Below, one piece after another: positions 26,539 through 33,623 of a DNA stretch of 33,623 nucleotides; within the stretch, counting starts at the first letter, position 1, and each line of letters opens with the position of its first letter. Below the pieces are notes generated by a model. That model was not told where the DNA came from. It worked only from the letters and a program-made list of their open reading frames with translations, and made no database searches. Position numbers and translations under genes: made by a program. The DNA is from a virus (lineage: Duplodnaviria > Caudoviricetes), in IMG/VR virus record IMGVR_UViG_3300005804_000112, positions 1 to 33,623 of that record. One strand, 5' to 3'.

Positions 26539-29032
26539 CCTCCAAACAATCGAATAGCGAAGGGGTCAATTTCTCGTTTTCAGCATCACGGCAATATTCG
26601 ACGCCAAATTTGAAATAATCCTCTGAAAGTTCAACTCCGCGACCTTTTCGGCCCATTTTGATAGCACAGTACGGAACTGTCATCAGACCGCCGAACGGGT
26701 CAAAAACCAGCTCGCCCGGATTTGTATAGCGGTTTATGATGCGCTCCACAATATCGAACTGCAGAGGGCATACATGCTGCTGTTGCCGGTTCCGGCTCTG
26801 CTCCATGTTCAGGGTTCGCATGCGGTTGACATCGGTCCAGACCATCTCATCTTTAGACTGCGGCTGAAATAGCATGAAGGATGACGGCAGGTAGCCATGA
26901 GGTTCCAAAGCTTTGCCAAGTTCAACATGCTTCTGATAGTCATAGACGTTGTTAATGCTGAAATTACGGTACCACTCGCTGACACTCGTAATATCCATAT
27001 TCACGATCTCTTCTGGAGTTAGGAGCCGGTTTCCGCTCGATCGCCAGAAGGCATGAGCATCGATCTGCCACTGCGCGCGGCCATATTCGTCTTTGGACTT
27101 GGTTACCGGGATGTCAGCATAGCCCCTTGAGCGGTCCGTCTGCGGCTTTCTGAAGAGCAAGACATATTCCGGGCTACCTACGCCCATTTTGGTGCCGTCC
27201 TTGCAGTTCTCCGTCCAGCCGAGACGGTATGTCTGGTTATTCTCCCGGACAACATCGGTCACAACGGTAATCATGCCCATGTAGTCAAAGCGATGCTTTA
27301 TGCCATGGAAGATCGCTTCAGCATGAAATGGTGAAACAGTTGGCACCCCTGCCCCGGTCACGTTGCCGAACAGGATGCGGTCTTTTACATGACAGGCATA
27401 GATGCGCCCCGGCTTGAGGATCCGTAACAGTCCCGGAGTCAGATAATCCATTTGCGCCCAGAAGTGCCCGTTATCGTTCGTGTGCCCGAAATCGTTATAT
27501 GACGGCGTGTATTCGTAATGATTGCTGAACGGTATGGAGGTGTGAATCAGGTCAACGCTGTTTTCATCCATGCTCTCGACCTCAAGAACGCAATCGTTAT
27601 TGACAACAGTGAACAGCTCTCCGTTCACTTCCTTGCGTTCCAGTCCGATCGTGCGCCTCAGCTCATCGAACATCGATGCGTGTGAAAGTCCGAACTCTTT
27701 GATAATCTCGGTCATCTTCTGGACCAGCTCATCGTGACGCTTCCATTTTTCCTGAAGCACCTGAACGACATTCTCTTCATTTTCCGTATAGATGATATGG
27801 ACATCGACTGGCTGGCTTTGCTGGAATCGGTGCGTTCTGTGGATTGCCTGGATGAAGTCATTGAACTTGTAGTCAACGCCAAGAAAGATATTGCTATGAC
27901 AGAATGTTTGGAAATTACACCCGCTGCCGGCTATCTCCGGCTTTGTTGCAAGTATCCGGTAATCGCCATTGCCGAAGCCTATCAGCAGTTCTTCGCGCTC
28001 ATCGAGATCCTGAGTGCCGAAGACGGTACGGGCTTCCGGAAGCGCCTTTTCAATGGCGCGGCGCTCATCTTCGAGATGATGCCAGATCAGCCAGTGCCGG
28101 TCGTCTCCGAAGTCGCTGCTGATTATCTCGACCGCCTTCTCAATGCGAGCGCCAAGGCTGTCGCGCTTTTCCTTGCTTGCCGATTTCAGGTCAAGGACCG
28201 GATCACGGAACGCCTTGACCTGCCCCCATGAGTCGATAACCCGCTCTCGCTGCTCAATGTTGACCATGTGGTAATGCACATTCAGCGGCGGCAGATCATA
28301 ACCATCGTCGGAATACCCGAGGTCGCTCGGCTTTGTCAGGAAGATCGCCCAGGACGATACCCAGAGCCAGAACTCGCGTTCTTTGTGGTCGTAAAGCGTA
28401 AGGTTATTCGCCTTGGTCGAATCTCGCTTGAAGAATCTGGTGAGCGCCTGTCCGGTGTCCATGACGCCCAAAAAACCGGCATAGTGAATCAGTTCTTTAT
28501 ACCGGTTTGGAGACGGTGTTGCAGTACAAACGTAGCGGTAAGGAACAGAAGTGAAGAGGTCAAGGAACGTATGATAGGTCTTTGAGCCGAACGAGCGGAG
28601 AATTGAAGCCTCATCGAGTGAAACGAACGTGAACAGGTTGACATCGATGCCGCCGTCACGAACGCGCTCATAGTTCGTTATCATGAACGTGCCGGGACAG
28701 TTCAAGACCTCTTCTGTTGTCCTGACATAATGAATCTGAATGCCAAGCCTGTCCGCCTCTTTTTTGAACTCCTGACGCACTCCGAGAGGGCAAATAATCA
28801 GTCCGCGCCCCGGATGCTGCTGCAAACAGGTTTTCATCAGCTCAAGCTGCATCATGCTCTTGCCCAGCCCGAATTGTGCGAATATCGCCCGTCTACCGCC
28901 AAGCGCTGCCCACTGAATAACATCTAACTGATGCGGGAACGCTGATTTGTGAATCTCTCCCGCCGATATGCGGAAACCGGCAGTTCCGGTTCTGAGTATT
29001 TTTGCTTCAAGAAATTCCTGATAGGTCTTCAT
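26531..29032 (-). CDS. SNF2-like helicase fused to an N4/N6 DNA methyltransferase
   Basis: Start moved to MKTYQEF; FGLGKS, LDEAS, TATPSPN, QAIHRTHRF; MTase motif IV-like TSIPF then motif I FDPFGGLMT (beta order). Confidence 0.88.
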   Translation of the reverse strand: MKTYQEFLEAKILRTGTAGFRISAGEIHKSAFPHQLDVIQWAALGGRRAIFAQFGLGKSMMQLELMKTCLQQHPGRGLIICPLGVRQEFKKEADRLGIQIHYVRTTEEVLNCPGTFMITNYERVRDGGIDVNLFTFVSLDEASILRSFGSKTYHTFLDLFTSVPYRYVCTATPSPNRYKELIHYAGFLGVMDTGQALTRFFKRDSTKANNLTLYDHKEREFWLWVSSWAIFLTKPSDLGYSDDGYDLPPLNVHYHMVNIEQRERVIDSWGQVKAFRDPVLDLKSASKEKRDSLGARIEKAVEIISSDFGDDRHWLIWHHLEDERRAIEKALPEARTVFGTQDLDEREELLIGFGNGDYRILATKPEIAGSGCNFQTFCHSNIFLGVDYKFNDFIQAIHRTHRFQQSQPVDVHIIYTENEENVVQVLQEKWKRHDELVQKMTEIIKEFGLSHASMFDELRRTIGLERKEVNGELFTVVNNDCVLEVESMDENSVDLIHTSIPFSNHYEYTPSYNDFGHTNDNGHFWAQMDYLTPGLLRILKPGRIYACHVKDRILFGNVTGAGVPTVSPFHAEAIFHGIKHRFDYMGMITVVTDVVRENNQTYRLGWTENCKDGTKMGVGSPEYVLLFRKPQTDRSRGYADIPVTKSKDEYGRAQWQIDAHAFWRSSGNRLLTPEEIVNMDITSVSEWYRNFSINNVYDYQKHVELGKALEPHGYLPSSFMLFQPQSKDEMVWTDVNRMRTLNMEQSRNRQQQHVCPLQFDIVERIINRYTNPGELVFDPFGGLMTVPYCAIKMGRKGRGVELSEDYFKFGVEYCRDAENEKLTPSLFDCLEVA

Positions 29033-29113
29033 TTGTTTCCTTTCTTGGGATAAGGTCCGCCGCATGTTTTCGGGCTGACCGTGCATGCCTGATAGATGCA
29101 TCCTGGGCAGGTG

Positions 29114-29431
29114 TTACGCTTCATCGTTCAACGTCCAAAGGTGGTTCGGCGCACCTGCGTCGCCGGGTACTTTGTGTGCGGTTTTTTTGAGCGGTGGCCG
29201 GTCATGCCTGAGCGGGTCTGACAGGTTCGTCATGGCGCGGCGCACACTGTTAAGCTTCTTCATGTCTCCGCCGAAAAGTATGTTCAGAACGCCCCATGGC
29301 GAAAAGCTCTGGCCGGGATGCTCCCGGAAGAAAGCGAGTACGATCGCTTCTTGAGACTTCGCCTTTCGATCGAAGTCGATGCGCTGCTGCATCGGCATGC
29401 CGACCGTGTCATGAAAGCTGAGCGTTCTCAT
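29114..29431 (-). CDS. Hypothetical, possible winged-helix DNA-binding protein
   Basis: 105 aa; IVLAFFREHPG, SVRRAMTNL; ATGA-coupled. Confidence 0.65.
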   Translation of the reverse strand: MRTLSFHDTVGMPMQQRIDFDRKAKSQEAIVLAFFREHPGQSFSPWGVLNILFGGDMKKLNSVRRAMTNLSDPLRHDRPPLKKTAHKVPGDAGAPNHLWTLNDEA

Positions 29432-29799
29432 TTCAGAGCGTCCGCAAAGATAGATCCTAGGCGGTGATCTGCAATCACGCGCTCATAAATCTGTATTTTT
29501 TCGTCTGCGGTCAGCTCTTTGCGCGACTTCGCAGGTTCAAACCCGCACAGATCATGAAGGTACCCGATATAATCGGTCACAAAATGACCATCGCGGTTCA
29601 AAAGGGTTGCTACCCACTGAGCAGCGAAGTACTTGCCGTTTCCGCTCAGTGCGTCGCGGACATGGGACGGCTCTTTATTGATGAGGTAGGCAAATTCTTT
29701 CAGGCCGATGCGATGGACCGACTTTTCGATGATGTCCAGCAGGTCTTCCCCGACCTTCTTATCTGTGGCAACGGCGTCAAATAGGTTGCGCTGAATCAC
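29428..29799 (-). CDS. CII-position regulatory protein
   Basis: Directly downstream of cro; HTH-like GLKEFAYLINKEPSHVRDALS; GGAGG SD with GTG start. Confidence 0.6.
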   Translation of the reverse strand: MIQRNLFDAVATDKKVGEDLLDIIEKSVHRIGLKEFAYLINKEPSHVRDALSGNGKYFAAQWVATLLNRDGHFVTDYIGYLHDLCGFEPAKSRKELTADEKIQIYERVIADHRLGSIFADALK

Positions 29800-29883
29800 T
29801 TTCAGACCTCCGTTCCGATGAGTGGCAGAAATTCACTCGCATTCACTCATCCCAAAAAGGGAAAATTTTTTATGAAGATTCTC

Positions 29884-30084
29884 CTAAGATCTAGGGGCCA
29901 TACCCCACAAATCGGCCAAGGAAACCTCACCGCAGGTAACCTCGATAATTCTCCGAGCTACGTCGCGCTTCGGAAACGATGCCCCGTTGACGTAGTTAGA
30001 TACCGATTGCGGCACTACTCCGATCTTTTTGGCGAACTCTTCCTGCGTCAGCTTTTCTTTTTTGAGATATTCATCAAGTTTCAT
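29884..30084 (-). CDS. cro: Cro-like XRE HTH repressor
   Basis: Start moved to MKLDEYL; LTQEEFAKKIGVVPQSVSNYVNG; divergent from cI. Confidence 0.88.
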   Translation of the reverse strand: MKLDEYLKKEKLTQEEFAKKIGVVPQSVSNYVNGASFPKRDVARRIIEVTCGEVSLADLWGMAPRS

Positions 30085-30091
30085 GGCTATT

Positions 30092-30165
30092 ATATTACCA
30101 AGATTTTTTGTATTTATCAACCAATTATTTTTGTTTGATTGGCGAGGGCACAAAATTGCATTGTA
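30092..30165. promoter_or_regulatory. OR region: PR (minus strand, TTGATA-17-TAATAT with TGn), putative PRM and three 17-bp operators
   Basis: TACCAAGATTTTTTGTA 30096-30112, AACCAATTATTTTTGTT 30119-30135, CACAAAATTGCATTGTA 30149-30165. Confidence 0.8.
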
Positions 30166-30170
30166 TTTCA

Positions 30171-30845
30171 ATGAACGACGAAGATAACAAAGAGCTGGAA
30201 GATCCGTTTGACTCTTTGGGCAAGAGGCTCAAAAGGTTTCGGACTGCCAAAGGATGGACACAGAACGAGGTTGCGAAGAAGCTCGGAACATACCAGCAGC
30301 GGTATGCGAACTGGGAAAAAGACATTGCTGAACCAGATTCACAGATGTTGGTTAACCTCGCGGGGCTTTACAATGTCACGATAGATGATATACTGATCGG
30401 ATTTGAGACGCCGATTGGAGGTCGCAGAGAGAGTCCGGGAAGGGGAGTTCCTGTAATCGCGAGCGTATCAGCAGGTCCTGGTGCTTATAATTTTGACGAT
30501 TACCCAGTTGGTGAAGGGTTTGAATTTATACCACTTCCCCCCGGATATACTCAAGAACGAGCAATAGAAGAACGAATATATGGCCTCAAGGTCAAAGGAA
30601 ACTCAATGACGCCAAGGTTATTCGATGGTGACTATCTTTATATAAAACCGGGATATTCGAACGGAATCAACACCGGCAACCTCGTTATTTTCAGAGACAC
30701 GGAGGGAGATGCGTGGGTTAAGGAGGCTGAAATTATTGATTATGATACAATTGTCTTTAAGAGCATCGGACCCGGCCCGACGATCATCAAGCACCGCTCT
30801 GAAATAGCGGTGCTGGAGAAGGTGTACCTGATATTACCCGCATGA
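30171..30845 (+). CDS. cI: CI-like repressor (XRE HTH plus S24 peptidase)
   Basis: Start moved to MNDEDN; WTQNEVAKKLG..YANWE; VSAG cleavage site; VKGNSMTP (Ser) and WVKE (Lys). Confidence 0.93.
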   Translation: MNDEDNKELEDPFDSLGKRLKRFRTAKGWTQNEVAKKLGTYQQRYANWEKDIAEPDSQMLVNLAGLYNVTIDDILIGFETPIGGRRESPGRGVPVIASVSAGPGAYNFDDYPVGEGFEFIPLPPGYTQERAIEERIYGLKVKGNSMTPRLFDGDYLYIKPGYSNGINTGNLVIFRDTEGDAWVKEAEIIDYDTIVFKSIGPGPTIIKHRSEIAVLEKVYLILPA

Positions 30846-30852
30846 TGGAGGG

Positions 30853-31608
30853 TTGATGAAAAAGGCTTTGAAATTGATTGCGATCTCCATAGGTATATTC
30901 CTTGCATTAACATTTATAATCGGCGGGACTGCCAGCAACAAGCCAGATCCTAAGATCTCCAACGCAGAATCCCCGAAAACTCAGCTTCCAGCAAGGAAAG
31001 AACCTACATATATTATCGATGGTGCATATCCCGGCATGACCGCAGACCAGGCAAAGGCCATTGGATATACTAACTGCAGGAATGTAAGGGCTGAAAAAGA
31101 TTCCGTGCCTGATGTCCTGTGCAGTAAACCTTCCAGCCCCGCATCACTCTTTGGCTTGCCGGTCGAGAATATCTCAATCCGATTTGTTAAACCATTCGAA
31201 ATATCAGATAGCGTGATAGTGACATTCAAAGACGTTCATTCAAATAGAAAGGAATGCCGTCCGACAAAAGGGCAATGGGGAGATGTAATTTCAGGGGATT
31301 GCAAGAGCGACATGGTGCCGTCAATCGCAAAGATTATAGGGCAACCGGTCGGAACCTCTTATGGTAAGCGTTCAGGGGCCGCTACTTTCTGGCACAAGTG
31401 CGGATCTGATACTTTGTCCTTTTATGAAGAGTTCTATAGTGCGAACGCCAAGACCCCGAACATGATAATAGTCCGAACCGGTCTTGATAAAATCAATGCC
31501 GAACAATGTGCAGCTGCTTCTGCGAAAAAAGCTGAAGAAAATAAGCTGGAAGCTGAGAAGCAAAAGAAGCTCGCTGAAAGTAAGAGCTTTATCGACAAGA
31601 TGAAATGA
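30853..31608 (+). CDS. Membrane-anchored or exported hypothetical protein
   Basis: KK plus hydrophobic N-terminus; six Cys; charged helical C-terminus. Confidence 0.75.
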   Translation: MMKKALKLIAISIGIFLALTFIIGGTASNKPDPKISNAESPKTQLPARKEPTYIIDGAYPGMTADQAKAIGYTNCRNVRAEKDSVPDVLCSKPSSPASLFGLPVENISIRFVKPFEISDSVIVTFKDVHSNRKECRPTKGQWGDVISGDCKSDMVPSIAKIIGQPVGTSYGKRSGAATFWHKCGSDTLSFYEEFYSANAKTPNMIIVRTGLDKINAEQCAAASAKKAEENKLEAEKQKKLAESKSFIDKMK

Positions 31609-31835
31609 ACCTGAAAACCATCAGTATGGCAGCAGCGATAGCGATGATCTGCTCATCAATTCTATATGCTCATCCCGGCAGAACCGACAGCAGCGGGGGC
31701 CATTACAACAAAAAAAACGGCAGCTATCATTACCATTCAAGCGGGCCCAAAGTATCAAAATCGAAGAAGAGCGCAAACCATCAAAAGAAACAGAAACCTC
31801 AAAGCAGGAAAGCTGGTAAGCGCTCAAGGAGATAA
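31605..31835 (+). CDS. YHYH-domain exported protein
   Basis: Signal peptide then AHPGRTDSSGGH..GSYHYH; Lys-rich tail. Confidence 0.82.
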   Translation: MNLKTISMAAAIAMICSSILYAHPGRTDSSGGHYNKKNGSYHYHSSGPKVSKSKKSANHQKKQKPQSRKAGKRSRR

Positions 31836-31837
31836 TA

Positions 31838-32197
31838 TTGAAGTGGTTCACCGCGCTTGCGATATCGATCATCATCGCCGCGACAACTTGCCACGCCACA
31901 GAGAAAGCCTATCAATCCGCATGGTGCAATAAACACCATGGCATCCAAGAATACCGCCTCCCAGATCAGACCAGAGTCGATTGCCTGACAGATACCCATG
32001 CGGTCGAGTTCGATTATGCAAAGAAATGGGCTGAAGCGGTGGGGCAATCTCTCCATTATAGTAAGAATACCGGCAAGCGGCCGGGTATCGTTGTCATTAT
32101 AGAGAAAGAATCCGACCTGAAGCATCTCCGCAAGCTCGTCCCTCTCTGCGTTCAATACGATATAGAGCTTTGGCTGACATTTCCTGACGATCTATAG
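31838..32197 (+). CDS. Exported protein with PD-(D/E)xK-like motifs
   Basis: Signal peptide; EYRLPDQTRVDCLTDTHAVEFD..KWAEAVGQSLHY. Confidence 0.72.
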   Translation: MKWFTALAISIIIAATTCHATEKAYQSAWCNKHHGIQEYRLPDQTRVDCLTDTHAVEFDYAKKWAEAVGQSLHYSKNTGKRPGIVVIIEKESDLKHLRKLVPLCVQYDIELWLTFPDDL

Positions 32198-32298
32198 TCT
32201 GAATCCCGCTTTAACATCCTGATAAACAACGCAAAAGCCGTTATTATACGCTCAAATTAGCCTGTTTTGAATCCCGCACCTTGCCGCTTCCCCAAGCT

Positions 32299-32342
32299 TA
32301 CCAAATTATTTTGTTGACTTATACCAATTTTTTTTGTATTCT
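32299..32342 (+). promoter_or_regulatory. PL promoter with two 17-bp operators (OL)
   Basis: TTGACT 32314-32319, 17 bp, TATTCT 32337-32342; operators TACCAAATTATTTTGTT 32299-32315 and TACCAATTTTTTTTGTA 32322-32338 match the OR consensus. Confidence 0.85.
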
Positions 32343-32349
32343 AAGAGTC

Positions 32350-32872
32350 ATCAACCAGCGAATCACGCCGAACCGCTCACCCTTCACGGAAGGGAGAATC
32401 CGGGCAAGGCGATAGATAGCAGCAACCTCAGGCCGTTAGGCAAGGGGGGAGAGAGGCCAGATCACCGGCATGGAGCAAAGCTCTCCAAAGAGTCACCCTG
32501 ATCAGCCGAATGCTCACGTCAAGCGTGGGTTACTGAGTAGGCTGGTTGGGGATCGGGATAGCTTCCCCGGACCGCTCACCCGTCAAAGCGAGCTGATTCA
32601 ACTTCCGGTGTCCCAATCAAAACTATCGGAGCGGGGCAATGGCACCTGGGCGCAAGTAGTAACCGAGCCGGTAATATCTCAAACCTATCATGAGATAGGT
32701 CAACCTGAGGGTTCCTGCGCACCTCAAAAAGCAAAGCAGGTTTATGAGCGGGTTTTGTGCTGACACGCGAAATATCGCTCAGCATCGGTTTCAAAGATAG
32801 CTTTTATTCAGTGTGGGACGGCTCAGGCTTGGTCTGGCCGTCCCACAGAGCCTAGCAACTGCCGGAGGTTGC
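32350..32872 (+). ncRNA. Candidate structured leader RNA / ncRNA of the PL transcript
   Basis: Many stems, several needing G-U pairs, between PL and the first well-supported CDS; family not recognised. Confidence 0.45.
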
Positions 32873-32875
32873 CCT

Positions 32876-33202
32876 GTGACCGAGATCGAGATAAACAGAC
32901 GCTCTGAAGTAAAGAAATCGAAGCGCAAATGCAGAAAGATTATAGCAATCTCAGCCGCATCTTTCCTGCTCGTTGCTCTGATCTTCCTGACCGGTTACGC
33001 GCTTGGATGCGGCGTTGAATATGATCGCTTCACCCGCCTCTGTTTCATCGAACTCTCTCAGGATTTTAGCAAGAAAAGCATGAACCGTGAATTTGAGGTC
33101 GGCCCGTTCCGGTTCAGGCGTGTTAACCCGTATCTGTACCATGTCAGCATCATGCACCCATCGGCGGAAATAGCCGGTATCGAAGATCTATCCAGGAGGT
33201 AA
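32876..33202 (+). CDS. Single-pass membrane hypothetical protein, first PL gene
   Basis: Start moved to GTG 32876 after GGAGG; basic N-terminus then TM IIAISAASFLLVALIFLTGYALG. Confidence 0.7.
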   Translation: MTEIEINRRSEVKKSKRKCRKIIAISAASFLLVALIFLTGYALGCGVEYDRFTRLCFIELSQDFSKKSMNREFEVGPFRFRRVNPYLYHVSIMHPSAEIAGIEDLSRR

Positions 33203-33204
33203 TA

Positions 33205-33528
33205 GTGAATATCAGGCACGGAGATATGGCCCTTATTGGTATTGAAAAACTGCCGGAGAACTTGGCCGCATCAGATGCAAAAGTTCTGATGAAAGGCAGC
33301 GGTGGAAATGACCATGCGTTCAAGAACGGAACCTTCTACCCGAAACCATCGGGCGCAAATATCGTTGGATATTTCAAGGCTCAAACTGGCTGTTTCTTGC
33401 TGCACCATGATCACGGAAAGAAAAAAAGCAATGCAAAGCATCGGACAGCCAATGTCCCGGTAGGCATATATGAAGTCCGTCAGCAGGTAGAGCAGATGCA
33501 TGAGGGCATGCGCCCTGTGGTGGACTGA
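33205..33528 (+). CDS. His-containing phage hypothetical protein
   Basis: AGGAGG SD; RHGD, GNDH, LHHDH, GIYEVRQQVE, RPVVD. Confidence 0.78.
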   Translation: MNIRHGDMALIGIEKLPENLAASDAKVLMKGSGGNDHAFKNGTFYPKPSGANIVGYFKAQTGCFLLHHDHGKKKSNAKHRTANVPVGIYEVRQQVEQMHEGMRPVVD

Positions 33529-33530
33529 AT

Positions 33531-33623
33531 ATGAGCGCTGAAAAAAAATATACCGGGAATGTCGAGATAACCGAGAGAAACGCGGCTGAGTGGGCTAAGA
33601 AGCTGGAGGGCGTCGAACAGATA
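33531..33623 (+). CDS. Partial CDS running off the window
   Basis: MSAEKKYTGNVEITERNAAEWAKKLEGVEQI; starts 2 bp after the previous stop. Confidence 0.6.
   Translation, partial: MSAEKKYTGNVEITERNAAEWAKKLEGVEQI

Noticed and set aside
26531-29032. Type III / ISP restriction-modification system
   Set aside because: No nuclease domain or partner gene recognised; the gene is embedded in the phage replication operon.
32470-32763. 97-aa ORF in the PL leader
   Set aside because: No well-spaced SD, no motifs, no coupling, and it overlaps many RNA stems; judged unlikely but not excluded.
32350-32872. CRISPR mini-array, tRNA or known riboswitch in the leader
   Set aside because: Repeats are short (11 bp) and irregular; no T-loop/CCA cloverleaf or riboswitch consensus recognised by eye.

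Overview
Positions 1-1848 are a host HAMP-domain class III adenylate/guanylate cyclase gene. At 2030-2059 a 30-bp 3' fragment of a tRNA-Ser gene (minus strand) marks a prophage attachment site. From there to the window end is one apparently intact temperate prophage, cut off on the right (no integrase in the window). Minus strand, read right to left: cro, a CII-position gene, a SNF2-helicase/DNA-methylase fusion, replication initiator, DnaB, RuvC-like resolvase, Xis-like HTH, HNH, terS, a 7-gene lysis cassette sitting between terS and terL, terL, an HK97-type head and a Mu/SfV-type contractile tail with a -1 frameshifted chaperone. Plus strand: cI, three genes for exported proteins in the lambda rex position, a PL-type promoter, a ~520-nt highly structured leader and the first early genes. 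Best leads: the structured PL leader RNA, the exported-protein trio including a signal-peptide nuclease-like protein, and the lysis cassette splitting the terminase genes with two unannotated small ORFs. All calls rest on motifs and synteny read by eye; no searches were run.
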